From NCBI GenBank assembly GCA_003568945.1, contig BDIP01000005.1, positions 1 through 52,861 of the forward strand: 52,861 bases of DNA, written 5' to 3'. Both the position numbers and the translations under genes were made by a program. The stretch is from Kipferlia bialata (Eukaryota). Within the stretch, counting starts at the first letter, position 1, and the number at the start of each line of letters is the position of its first letter. Under the pieces are notes generated by a model that worked only from the letters and a program-made list of their open reading frames with translations, did no database searches and was not told the origin of the DNA. Shown here one piece after another: positions 1-13,800 of this stretch.

Positions 1-304
1 TCAACACGGGAAAAACCCCCCCCCCCCCCCCCCCTCCTCCCCCTACACACACACACCATCTCTCTCTCTCTCTCTCCCCCTTTCTGTTCATATTCATATG
101 TCTAACCCCCGTCTAACCCTATGATTCCTGCACGCCTTCGTTTCAAGAGGCGGCATGCTCTCTCACTCTCTCTCTCTCTCTCTCTCTTCCTTTATATGTA
201 GCTCTAACCCTAGATTGCTGCCCGCCTTGGTGTGAAGTAGACCTCTCTCTCTCTCTACATATATATGTATATATATACTCATACTAGTATATATCTAACC
301 CTAG

Positions 305-2291
305 ATTGCTGCCCGCCTTGGGGTCAAGAGAAGACAGGCCAGGGAGCACTACCATGTGCTACAGGAGCACACGGCACAGGGGGTCAGGAAGGGGCAGGTG
401 AGTACCTATGGTGTATATATAGATAGGTAAAATAGGTATATGTATATATTTATAGAGAGAGAGACTACCATGTGCTTCAAGAACACACGGCACAGGGGGT
501 CAGGAAGGGACAGGTAGTGTATACTTGCAGTCATATATATATACAATTACTATTAATAATAGTATTCTATATATATCCTCATACTTAGTGGTCCCCTGCC
601 TATATATATATATATATATATATACTAATTGTCAGTGGTCCCCTGCCGAGGTTGAGCTGTTGCACAAGGGGGTCAAGTTCTGTGGGCACAACTGGACTAG
701 GTAATGCCTCCCTCTCTCTATAACCTCCCCCCCCCCCACACACACATACTCGCCCATTGTCTTCCTTCGGCCATTTCCTCTCTTCCTGTCCATCTCTCTC
801 TCTCCCTTACCATCAGAGTGTCCTCCTTTGTGCGTACCAGGACCACCAACCAGTGCAAGATGAAGTACCACTACATTTGCACACACGGGGGGAACGTCGA
901 AGGTATTCAACATTATGTGTACTTGCATATACAATATATACTAGCTCTAACATACAGGTATATAGTATGATGGAGGTATGTACACCGTAATAACCTTCAA
1001 AGAGTGAATCTTCTGCTGCTTCCAGTATGAGTGGCGTACATCCCATCCTATATATACACATTTGCATATATACTATTTGTACAACCATTAACCTTCAGAG
1101 AGTGAGTCTTCCGGTGGTGGCTCCATGAGTGGTGTGCACCCAACACCCAGAAGCAAGGGAGTGTCCCCAGTCAAGTCAGAGAGAGAGAGGAGGTGGGACA
1201 GGGAGTACATACACAGAGAAAGGGAGAGGGAGAGGGAGAGTAGCAGGGGCAGCGAGGGGGAGAGAGGGAGAGAGAGAATGTACTACCAGGAGACGTCAGG
1301 TAGACCAGTGATGTCTATGCCCCACTCACATCTGGCTAGTGCAAGAGAGAGAGAGGCAGAGAGAGAGAGAGAGAGAGACCTGGCGTGGATGTCAACACAG
1401 GTATCAACGGATGTGTATATCTAATTATGGTACTATGACACCCCTCCCCAATGCCCGTGATGTATATGTATAGGTTAAATACATATATGTATATGATATA
1501 TGTATGCTGTGTATATATTGCACTAATCCTAAGGTCCATGTCCCTCCCATGTCCACAGATCATAGGAAGATAATATATACTGTATACAAAATGTATTTGT
1601 ATATATATATATATATATAGTTTGTATATATACTAACACTAGGTCCCTGCCCCTCCCATGTCCACAGGTCATGGTCAGATATAATGTGTTTTGCGTGTGT
1701 ACACATATAGTAATTCATATGTCGATACACTGAAGCTGACTTGAAGGTCCCTGCCCCTCCCCTTTCGACAGGTCATGGGCAGAGGGGTATGGAGAGAGGG
1801 AGAGAGATAGGCATGGAGAGAGGGAGAGAGATGGGGATGGAGAGAGGCATGGAGAGAGGGAGAGAGAACATGGGACGGCAGGACACTATCAACTATTGTG
1901 ACCCACTGATAGTTCAAAGAGGTATATATAGATGTGTCTATATATACATATAGTATATATGTATTTAGACATGATCATATACGACACCATCAACTACTGT
2001 AACCCACTGATTGTGCAGAGGGGGATGCAGAGAGGTATGGATACTAACTAACTTTGCCACTGTCTCCGAGGCATCTGTCTCTGTTTGTCTCTCTCTCTCT
2101 CTCCCTGTACTTACTCCAGTCCCTGTCAACGAAGCCTCTCTCTCCCTATACTAACCCTAGCCCACCCTGTCTATGAGGGGTCAGTGTCTGAGCGCTCTCT
2201 CTCTCTCTCTCTCTTTCTCTATATATATATGTATATTTATATATATATTCTTACTCCAGCCCCCCCTGTGTATGAGGGTTTAGTGCCTGAG

Positions 2292-2329
<38 letters not shown>

Positions 2330-4117
2330 ATCTTTCTGTCTCTCACTACTAACCCTAGCTCCCCCTGTGTATGAGGGGTCAGTGTCTGAGCACACACACA
2401 CACACTCTCTCTCTCTCTATCTATCTCTCTCTCACTACTAACCTTAGCTCCCCCTGTGTATGAAGGGTCAGTGTCTGAGCACTCCATGCACTCCGAGGGG
2501 CACAGACAGATGGGTATGGGTATATATATATAGTTATATATGTATGTATACATATATTTATGTGTGTGTGTGTGTGTCTGAGCACTCCATGCACTCCGAG
2601 GGGCACAGACAGATGGGTATGTATATACACATATATGTATATATAGTTATATATGTATGTATATATATATATGTGTGTCTGTGTGTGTGTGTGTGTGTGT
2701 CTGAGTACTCTCTATGCGCTCTGAGGGGCACAGACAGATGGGTGAGTAATGGTATAAATATATGTATAGGTATATGGATATGTATATATATCTATATATA
2801 TACTATATATACTACTATTGTATATATCAGCAATATATGTTCCCATATACCTCACCCTAGGTGTTGGTCTGCCCACCCCCATGCAGGGTATGAAAATGTA
2901 TATATATAAATATATATGTATGTATACTAGTATTCAAACTGTGTATACACCTCACCATAGGTGTTGGTCTGCCCACCCCCATGCAGGGTAGGGAGAGAGA
3001 GAGAAGTATGCAGGAGAGGAGTAGTGGAGGTATGGTAGTACTGTATAGTGTATATATGTTTCTTATATACAGACATGTTCCCCTCTGCCCCTTCCTCCTC
3101 CTTTGTATCTCTCTTTCTCCATACCATATGTACATATACATATATATGTACACACACACACACATATATATATACATCTTATCCCTAGGCATGTACCCCT
3201 CTGCCCCTTCCTCCTCCTTGCTATATATCCATATGCCCGTATATTTACTGTGTCTCAGTTACAGTAGTGTTATATACTCAAAATGTACTGATGTATATAC
3301 AGCGTATACATGTCTTACCCCCAGGCTCTGCTGCTAGTTCCATCTCAAGCACCATGTATATAGTTACAATATGTGTAGAACCATAGATGTACATATATAT
3401 ATACTATTGGTATTCCTTACCCCTAGGCTCTGCGGCCAGTTCCATCTCTAGCGCCCTGGGTGGCAACATGGGTATGGGACTGAGAATATATTATGTACTG
3501 TACATACTATTGTAATAGGGTTATATACTGTATATGTAACATATATGTGTAGGCCTAGGCACATGGTTTGAGTGTATACAGGCATGAATGTGACAAATAC
3601 TCACCTCTTAGGCATAGTTACAGTCCCAGCACAGTATATACTGTTTATGAGATAGGTGTATGGATACATATATATATACACATATGGACTATTCCAACCT
3701 CAGGTCTGGGCACAGTCCCGGCACAGGGGTACATATCAAGGGCAACAGGTATGTATATATAAGAGGAAGTACTCAGAGAATAAAGTATACAACACATACA
3801 TGTATATATATGTGTGTATGTGATTGTATGTGTTATATATGTGTGTATGTGTCACACTCACTGAAAGGCATTAGTCACGAGGCCCAGTCCCCTGAGACTG
3901 CATTTACCACATATACACATAACAAATACACACACATATACATAAGTATATATATTAGAGACTGACTGTCAGGTATTAGCCACGAGGCCCAGTCCCCTGA
4001 TACTGCATACTCCTACCAATATATACATATATGTATATCCATATACTAGAGAGGTGTTCACTCTCATCGTAAGGCATTAGTCATGAGGCCCAGTCCCCTG
4101 ATACTACCGATTACTAA

Positions 4118-4168
<51 letters not shown>

Positions 4169-6868
4169 TTGGCTTGTTCCTCTCACTGTCAGGCATTAGT
4201 CACGAGGCCCAGTCCCCTGATACTACCGATTACTATTACTATATATACATACATATATATATAGTTTGGCTTGTTCCTCTCACTGTCAGGCATCAGTCAC
4301 GAGGCCCAGTCCCCCGAGACTACATGATACTATATGCACATGTATACTATATACATAGACATATATGGATATATTCTGACCATAAGGCATCAGTCACGAG
4401 GCCCAGTCCCCCGAGACAGCCCTCCAGTCAGCCACCCATTCAGAGATAGAGGCCAGGTATGTTTGAGTATTACAATATATATATATCTGTAGTTAGTACA
4501 GATGTGTAATTAGCCACACACTCGGAGATAGAGGCCAGGTTAGAAAGAGTATTTATATATGTATATTACAATACACTTCAATAATAATGATATACATATA
4601 TATGAGACAGCCCTCCAGTCAGCCACCCATTCAGAGATAGAGGCCAGGTGGGTGATATATGTTGTATATATGTAACACTACACTTCAACAGTAATGCTAT
4701 GATATACTATTATATGAGACTGCCCTCCAGTCAGCCACCCATTCAGAGATAGAGGCAAGGTTCGGAATAGTATTTATGTATATGTATGTATATATATATA
4801 TATATATGTGGGTTGAATGTACAGTTGTGTATCTATGTATTATAGTAACATATTGTCAGAGATAGAGGCCAGGTGGGTGATATTGATACAATTACTGGAA
4901 CTATTAATGATACGGTATCATCATAGTTGGTATGTATTAGTAATACACACTCGGAGATAGAGGCCAGACACTGTGTGTTCACATATTAACACAGAGCCCT
5001 TTGCTTGTACTCTCGTTACTCTTTCTTCAACAATAGTTCTCCCAGCACTGCAGATGCGTCTTCTCTCTCTCAGACACACACGCACTTTACCTAACCCTCC
5101 AGATATGGCTCTGAGCCCACTCTCTCCCCTCCCCCCATTGCCCCTCCTGTGAGTGCCACGGTACCTATCGCCATAGAGAGAGAGAGAGGCACTGTATCCA
5201 TGGTCATGGAGAGAGAGAGAGAGAGAGGCACAGAGCAGCAGAGGGAGAGGGGGTTGGATGAGTCTAGGTTCCAGGTGGGGCAGGCTCTATATATCTATAC
5301 ATCACATAATCTACTTCCTCTTCTCTTTCCTAGATATTCCTCTAGCCACTGATGGGTTCCTTCTCTCTCTCTTTCTCTATCTTGATCTACGTGTCTTCTC
5401 ACTGTAGCACGGTGTCCCCACAGATGGGTTCCTCCTAGCCACTCTACTAAAGGGTGCACGGATGGCAGGCAGCCTAGACATCGGGTACATATATATTTGT
5501 ATATATATGTATATNNNNNNNNNNNNNNNNNNNNNNNNNNNNNNNNNNNNNNNNNNNNNNNNNNNNNNNNNNNNNNNNNNNNNNTACAAGAATATGGGTT
5601 CCTCACATTCCTAAAGGGGGCTAGGATGGCAGGCAGCCTGGACATCGGGTATGTATATATATATACTACGTGTATACAATTGTATACATACATATATATG
5701 ACTAGTAGGCAGCCTAGACATCGGGTATGTATATATACATGTGCATGTGTGCAAGTACTACTACGCTATTCTATTCACATAATTGTATATTCATGCCTGT
5801 TTTCGGGAGCAACGATGGTAGGAACCCTAGACATTGCGTATTTGTATATATATTGTCTTGTTTGTGACCCTGACCCCCAGGTCTCTGACCGTTGTCAATG
5901 GCACACCCACAGCTGATGTCATAGGGCACACAATCAGGTAATAGATTATGTGGTATAGTATATATAGTGTATATAGTATACATATACACAATCAGGTACT
6001 GATATGTGGTATAGGCATATGTACTACTAAAAATACTATTGTGTAAATACTATTATATATTAATCAGCTGATGTCATAGGGCACACCATCAGGTATTGTT
6101 ATGTAGTATATACATATATACATAGGCATATATATTGGTAGGGATATATAGATACAGGTATAGTGAGTCTACACACGTTACAGCTGATGTCATAGGCCAC
6201 ACAATCAGGTTAGGGATCACAAGTGTGTACACTTCTATATTTGTATATATGAGTATATGTATGTTTATATTTATATATGTATATGTATATCTTTATCCTT
6301 AACACCAGGTGCTTTGTGCACTTGAGGACATGTCTCCACGCTGTGCTCAGGTATGTTTGGACATGGCATTATATATCAACTTTCCCTTTGTGTCTATATA
6401 TGCATTTACTCCATTATACCATGTGTTCAAGGTCATTACTGTTATGCCAATTCCTCTATATCTCACCAGTAGGCCCTCCCTGCGGTACCTCTTTGACTGT
6501 CCCTACCAACAGAAGGAGAACTGGGGTAACAGCGCGGTGGCACTCCTACCTCTGCCAGGTATATATTTCTACATGGTGTATCACTATTGGTCTCTACCTT
6601 ACTACAAGTATTTCTCTCTCTGACCCCAGGCAGGACTGATGTTGGCATTGTGTTCCCTGCTCAGCTCGGCACCATACAGGTACACTTCTATCCCTCTCTC
6701 TCTCTCTCTCCCTACATCCTTTAACTCTCAGAATACTGTGCTATTTGGGGCCTATCACACACTATTTCTCTCTTTACACCCATATATCCTCCTAATCCTC
6801 AGAACGCTGTCCGCTTTGCTGCCTATGTACAGTGGGACTTCCCTCTGAGTGGGTGGGCCATACAGTGA
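305..6868 (+). CDS. Myb/SANT-domain protein (probable transcription factor), multi-exon, 5' end outside window; long low-complexity middle and an unrecognised C-terminal domain
   Basis: Phase-consistent GT-AG exons 305-397, 636-700, 817-902 and 1099-1400 give IAARLGVKRRQAREHYHVLQEHTAQGVRKGQWSPAEVELLHKGVKFCGHNWTRVSSFVRTRTTNQCKMKYHY. This is a Myb repeat (W..E..LL...V...G.NW..V...V.TRT..QC..KY) preceded by the tail of another repeat. Later exons also join in phase: ...GISHEAQSPETALQSATHSEIEAR / YGSEPTLSPP...RFQ / HGVPTDGFLLATLLKG...IG / SLTVVNGTPTADVIGHTIR / CFVHLRTCLHAVLS / RPSLRYLFDCPY...LP / GRTDVGIVFPAQLGTIQ / NAVRFAAYVQWDFPLSGWAIQ, TGA 6866-6868. Exon choice between ~1900 and 3400 is ambiguous. 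Confidence 0.8.
1786..1872 (+). repeat. Coding minisatellite encoding (GMERGRE)-like repeats
   Basis: Repeated atggagagagg(gagagag) units translate to GMERGREIGMERGREMGMERGMERGRE in the Myb gene frame. Confidence 0.75.
3860..4415 (+). repeat. Six tandem ~100-120 bp units, each a splice acceptor plus exon start (ag|gYatYagYcaYgaggcccagtccc) followed by TA-rich spacer
   Basis: Copies at ~3866, 3971, 4072, 4191, 4288 and 4386; only the last continues into the coding exon. Confidence 0.92.
4430..4968 (+). repeat. Six tandem copies of an exon 3' end plus donor (gagatagaggccag|gt)
   Basis: Copies at ~4443, 4525, 4634, 4746, 4859 and 4954. Two of them carry the longer gagac.gccctccagtcagccacccattca prefix. 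Confidence 0.92.
5515..5584. other. Assembly gap (70 N) inside an intron
   Basis: Run of n characters flanked by (TA)n and duplicated exon-end copies. Confidence 0.99.
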
Positions 6869-7810
6869 AGGAGGGAGAGAGAGAGAGAGAGAGAGGCACC
6901 ATGATCTACGAGACTCTCTCGTCTGATACATCCTATTCCATATCGTGATCGACTCCCTTCGCCCATCCATTATTCGGAGGACCCGCCGAGACTTCTCAGG
7001 ACTTCTAGAGACTTCTCTGCACTACATCCGCTTTGATAGACGGCGCCCCGCCGTCTACATCCTGTTTTTCAGACTGTCAGTTCCCCTACTTGTGCTTAGT
7101 GGTACTGAGACTCCCTTCTAACTCGCGGAAAGTGAGAGGGAGATATATATGTGTGTGTTAGTTGTTGTTGCATCGAGTGACTACAACCGGTTTAGTGTTA
7201 TATACTAGTTGTCGTGTGGCGGCTAGTTTGTTTGGATTCATTCCTGTAAAGGAAATCTCCGCAACTCTAATATGAGAGTGGCGCAATAGAGTGTAATCAT
7301 TAAGGTTTTTGTCTGGTTTTGGAGTGGCGGTCTTAGTCAAAGACTATTAGACTTGTGAAGCCGCACTATTACCTGTTCGATAGTTCTCTCCCCGTTCGAC
7401 ATGTAGAATATTGAGTCCCTATCAGGAGTCAGTGTATTTCCATATGTAGAAGGTCGCAAACTGGAATCCAGTGACGTAAACCTATCGAGGCACAAACCTT
7501 GTACTGCTTCTAATAGTACCCAATATAGAACATTGGGAATGCTATAAACTCTGCATGTGAGGGTTTCATGCACTATTTACAGTAAACATTTGGGGACCAG
7601 TTCTATCAAATTTAGAGTCTCAACCTAAATAGTGAGGGTATCATTTCGCTGTTGAGATGATAGTAGTCTCTCCTGCCAAGTGAACGCTTCTTCAGTTAGC
7701 TGTGTATCACCTTGCCAGTTACTGAAGTAGAGTTCCTAAGTAAGGGCTGTAGGAACCCTGACTGTGCTACTTCCATTTAGACGCTTAGACGCTTAGAGGC
7801 CTCGACAGTG

Positions 7811-10800
7811 ATGGCAAGGTTGGGGCATTATGGCCACATGTACTATGTATACAATGACATTTCTTTGTTTGCTTGTCTCTAACAACTTCAGTTACGGGCC
7901 GCTCCGTTTCTGTGCATTGCTTGCATATCTCGCAGCATGTGCGTTTCTCTTGGTGTGGACGTTGGTCACTTCCATCTCAAAGCTCCTGCCCGATATTGAG
8001 GGTATCTCCCGTACTGTATCAATTCTAGACAAGATATGTGGCAGACGTTGGTGTGTGGTACTATTGCAGAACAGCCTTCTGGTGCTCCCACTGCAAACTA
8101 TGTACACAGGTATTCTCTGGTACTCAGGCATCAGGCACCATGTGGGTTACATTGTGTGACACTCTATGAAGATCTCATTTTCTGACAATCAGCTCTACAG
8201 TACAGCATTGTGACCCTGAGTGATATGGGAGAGACAGTACCCGTCACTACCTTATCAGAGACTCCAAACCCTGTACACATAGCACTAGACACATCAACGC
8301 CAATGAGCCCAGAGTCTGGACCAGACACAACAGTGTACAACACAAAGCAATTGGCATGTGTAGCTTATGAAGCAATAGCTATGATGCGTTGGGGTGCGTG
8401 GTTACAGTGTCTTGTGATGTGTGGGGAATTGGCCATGGGGACATGTGCAATCACCCGATGGTTACACTCTCTAGCTGGTGTTCTGGTAGTCTCCGCCCAA
8501 CTTAAGGTGATATCATAAGACAGAGAGCCGCAATACTATAGAAGAGCGGTCGACTGAGATTTCAGGCTATTAATCCCAGACTCTGAGACTCTTTGGGGCA
8601 TGCGATCAGGCACTAGCAGAGAGACTCGGTGACTACTGGACGGAGAGTGAAAGGGAAGGTAAATACCTCTTCTAGCCTCACATACTATTGTATTCTCCTG
8701 CTCAATGGGTGAAGTATAGTTGTTAGTCACGATACTTTACGAAATACCAGTCGTATTGTCACACTTACGCAGCCCTACCTATATCCGGCGTGCAAAGCCA
8801 ATTCGTCAGGGTCATAAGCAAGACTGACATAGCGGTAAGGCGCAAGTGTCTACTTCATATTATCTCGGTACTTGTCTACATCCTGGACTAGTATATCATG
8901 CTGTCAGAATGTTCATGCATTGACCAGAAGGTATACTTCAACGTCTGTCTCTTGGCCTCGATTGGGGTGTTTGCCACTGGATCAGTGACTGATTGCACTG
9001 GCAGTCAACTACAGGTTGGCTATGGCTCTTGCATAATGTATCATATACGATTACTCAATAATGCTTGCTGCTACTGATTTGAATACTAGAACTACCTAAC
9101 AACATGCATACCTATACTAGAAGAAATATACTACTCATTGACCATATAGGTGATAACTCTGTTCCTGCCTGTGTTCCTGACTCTCTGTGGCCTAACACTT
9201 ACCCATCCCTGTGTGTTCAGTCACCATGCCAATGGAATGTGCTCATGGGTACTCAGCTCAAAGGTCACAGACATAATGCGTAGTGAGGTATGTTTCTATC
9301 AATTCCCGTATACTACTGTCGATCATTTGTACTGTGGCGTATATGCTGATTCCTGTACTGATAATGATATTGACTCTCCTATGCATAGACTGACATTGAC
9401 CCTGATAAGAGAGTCTCTTGTCGCTGCGTTACATCGTTGATCTTACTGACCTCAGACGTGCCAGTCATTTGCAGGCACTCACTCGAGTGTGTATCTGTAC
9501 ATGACATGGCTGCTTGTCGACAAGAGAAAGGAGACACCCATACCGAGACATGAGGTAACAAAGAATGCAACACACACTTGGCTTCCATACATGGTTTGTG
9601 ATGATATATTTTCATTGATACACACTAACATCTAGATACTGACTCTTGTTGCCAGTCTGCAACAAGAGGACAGGTCACAGCGGCTTCGTGACATGTATAT
9701 GCTTCACACTGTCGGTACCCCACGAGTGACAATGTTCCGCCATGTACGGTTCTGTTGATCATGTGTCTATAATAACACTGAGTCTTGCAATCATAGACTC
9801 TCACTCCAGTATATCCTCGAGGCAATCATTGAGCTTCCACCCTTTCTGCAGCGACATCTGGCTAGATGGGTGTTGCCACATGCCCTGCTTCTGAGAGAAA
9901 GGTATGAACAGACACTACTTCATTGAGGCTCCATGTGTAACCGGGCCCTTCACACAGAATCATGTAATCATTGTAATCTCTACACAATCCTTACACCACA
10001 GAGCGTGGTTTAGGAAGACTGTCCTAGCTCAGAGGTACACTGCACCACTAAGGTTTCCTGGATTCTCCGAGAAGACCTATTGCAGCTCTGCAGGTAATGT
10101 TTTAACATCATGAGTTAGACTATATGGTTATTGTTCCAGGTTTTAAAGCATTCCGCAAGTTCACCTCTATTATGAATTGAGAAGTTTCTATTTATGCCCA
10201 GACACACTGTACCGCCTTTTCGATGAGATTCAGCGGATCCAAGGACTTGAAAGGTAACGTTCTCCACAAGTAGTGGAGGCATATTGAATGACCTGCAGTC
10301 TTCTAGCTATTTGTAACAAGTTTCCTCACCACAGCTACCACTTAGCTGCCAAGCTAAATACTTACCATTTGGTCGCAGGAAGAGTAGATCTTCACAACGG
10401 GGGATACATACCCCATGACCCAAAGGTATACATCGTGGAGTGATATTATGTACTGTATATTATACATTATTTAAGTAGTGTTGGGTTGGGAGGTCATTTG
10501 AGTCTCTTGGGACTGGCCAGTGTATTGAGGCTGAGTTCAGGAAGTAGAGAATGAGCACTGGCTACCGATTGCAAGAGTGAACAGTAGATCTGAAGTCACA
10601 TGTACAGCAAAGTTTCCAACCCTTCCACACACACCTTGTGAGAGGAGCCACAAGATCATGTAAGCAGTCTACTTGATTTGAATCATTGTCTTATCGTATG
10701 GAAGACTGCAACTATTTGCAATTAGAGCCTGACTAACAGGTGGCCTCCAACCGCATTCCCTCAGGACACAGAACTGGCTAGATGCTTCCAGGCTCTATAC

Positions 10801-13800
10801 ATCAACCACCCCCAGGACCAGCATATGATGATGACTGAGTCGTGGTACCGGTTCACAATGCTGTACCCATATGATGTATGTATACTGCCTAAATGTAATA
10901 TATAGTCACAACACGATAGTGATTATGACACCTAACACCAACTAACACCAGCCGTATGGCCTTTGGATGCGCATGCTGGATCAGATGGATCCTGATGTGA
11001 GGACATACATCATGAGTAACTGGGAACTAGGGGTAAGACAAACAACACATATATTATCTATGTGATATATATACTATGATCTAGTGTTGTAGTACCAGCA
11101 TTATCTAGCCTTCAATTCAAATTCCGAGTTGGTAAACTGTTCACGCAGAAGGGAGCAGGTTCTAGTAGAGCATCTACTCTGCCTGGAGTCCTACGTAGTC
11201 TGACATCAGGGAGGAATGACAATTGCGACAGCTCTACCGTGTATATACGCAGTGGCCGGAATGAACGTATACAATGGGACTGAAAGGGTGGGTGACGGTT
11301 ACATACCAATTCTTGGCTCAATACAATTCTAATACTATCTTACCCTCCTGGTCTTACGTAACAGTTCCGTATCCGGTTTGTGTGGATCGAGTTCATCGAT
11401 ATGAGGGACGACCAAGGACGGCCTACAGTGGTAAGGAAGTATACTCTATGAATCATGTGCCATGATAGAGACTCTATTTCAATACCCAAACAGAAGTAAT
11501 ACGTATCATTGCTCTCTCTTGTGTTGACTAATACCACAGAGTCCTGGTATTGTCACATTCTTCTGGCATAGGAACCAGATGGCATTGATGCGGAGGTAAG
11601 AGATGGTTCATACTGAGTATGAATCATACTCTCTACACTCTCCTCTTCTAAATCCCAGCCAAGTATCGCGTAACGTGAGTCAGCTGCTGTGGTATACGTG
11701 TTCTATATGTTGACCAACACCATAGTTACTGATATACAGAAGACATACTGCACATTTGGACATACCCCTTACCCTTCCACCACCATTCGTTGAGAGTGCA
11801 CCTTGTTGCTGTAGCGTGTGTGTCAAGAGACGTCTCAGCAGTATTCTACACGAAAGAGACTCAGTCAAGAGACTGAGAAGGGGCAGTGCTCAGTGCCTGG
11901 CCAAGAGGTAGTTTGACAGCAAGACAATACCAACACACACTAATATTTACAATCACTGTAGACTATTGTCATATTACACATCAACACATTATTAATAGGA
12001 TTATTAGTCGTAGTTCGTTTATCTCATTGTTTAGGTTCATGAAGCCAAGGGTGAAGAGCCCAAGGTGGCCTGTTGTGCACCTGCCCCTCTCACTGTTCAC
12101 AAAACCCATACCTATGGTATCTAAGGCAAGAAACCACATACATATGTAACAACTATAACCTTGGGTTCCACTGGGGTTGAATAAGTACATGTATGTGTAT
12201 GTAACACATTGGATGTAGAAGGAATATTCCACTGTTCTGTCACTATGTCACAGTGTGTGACTCCCACACTACACTGATACAGGGTAGACGGACAGACTTC
12301 TTCTATCGGTACCAAAGGGCATTGGAAGATACAAGAGCTAGGTACGGTTAATAATCGCCAACAACTATCCGCTTGCTTTTCACTCACTACAGACATGCAC
12401 TGAACCACTTCAGTGCCAATGTGAACTACAACACCTCTCTCCTAGGCAGAGAGTGCAACGCACCTGGACTGCCGATGGGGGGCATGTTCCTCTTCAACTC
12501 AATGGGGTATGTATCAGGCTCTAGTTTCTGGTATCAGAGTTTAGTACTATGTCTGCAGAGAGCAAGGGGAGGCAGCAACAGCTTATTGCCTAACAGGAGG
12601 ATGGGTAAATGCATATATACAATTACACCTGTATGTGGCATGTTCCTCTTCAACTCCACGGGGAACTTAACATGTTATAGTGAACGGTCTTCTGTGTCCA
12701 ATGGTTAGAACCCTCTCACACTAGCTACGAGGCCTGTGACGTGTCGCCAAACCAGTTTGCGACACTGATGCTATCGATAGCGGTAAGTGTTTCTTCCTTG
12801 TTTTCAGTGTTATATGTAGTTACTACTATGTCTTCAGGTATACCTTCACAGTACAAACCCAGGCAGCATACCCCTACTCCGCTGGACGAGACCCAAACCA
12901 GTCCACACTAGACACCCTCCATCTCACTCACCACTTGATACACTCAGTCCGTGCAAGTGATGGGGGAGTGACACTCATGAGTCTCTTACAGGTACGCACA
13001 CTACTAGATAGTGGCAGAGCTGAAGATAGTGACTGGTCGACTCTTATATGTCTCTTACGTCAGAGCCTTGTGGCCGTCGTCGCAGGTCTGGCCATTGGCT
13101 TAATCCAAGGTAATAGAATACTGGAAGAACTATACACCCCCCATGTATAATATGAGTCATCGTAGACTAGAGGGTCCTCACAGTAGGAACAAACGCTGAT
13201 GGGCGTGTTGCTGTGACTGCCAATCTCCACAAGGAGAGATGTGTTCACTCACACGCTGCAGGGTATGGGGTACATGTAGAGTACAATCGTAACATTCATA
13301 TTTACCACCATGCTGTAGTACTTTCACGGTAAGTGTTGCCGTACAATGGATGTATATCACTAACCGCAGTCTAGTCCTTGTTGTTGCCAAGCAGACAGGG
13401 ATCCTAGAGCACCTACCCCTGGGCACGTGTGCCTTGATCAGAACACTCATCCTGGCAACGGCACCTGAGAGTATATGTGCACTGATATTGGAGGTAGCAG
13501 GGTTTGTGTGCTTTTTCAGTATTGTACAGTCACGTATCTAATGCAATAGTTCATGTTGTCTCATCCATCAGGTCCAACGGTGTGTCAAGTGGCTGCAGTC
13601 AATGTCAGCCGAGGAAACCGCACAAGTCGTGGAGCTATCTCGGCCACAGGTATATCAAAGAGACACAATAGTGTAACCCTTACCCAATATCCACCCTCAC
13701 TCCAGTTGGAAGACATCCTTCCCTCCATTCTGTCCGCACCTTACTCTGTGATGGCCAGTCTTCAGTCACTGCTACTGAGGTATGAGTGGGGTTCAGTAAG

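Noticed and set aside
2085..3337. ORF-track proteins rich in YIYI/SLSL/CVCV
   Set aside because: Translations of intronic dinucleotide microsatellites.
4447..4449. TAG ending ORF 4174..4449 as the Myb gene stop
   Set aside because: Splice phase puts the exon in the GISHEAQSP frame, which continues in phase to the exon at 5103 and on to 6868.
3860..4968. Regularly spaced repeats resembling a CRISPR array
   Set aside because: Repeats are copies of exon edges with splice sites, spacers are TA microsatellite, the context is eukaryotic and there are no cas genes.
6930..6960. GATCACGA on the minus strand resembling the U1 snRNA loop I
   Set aside because: No ACTTACCTG 5' end or Sm-site architecture.
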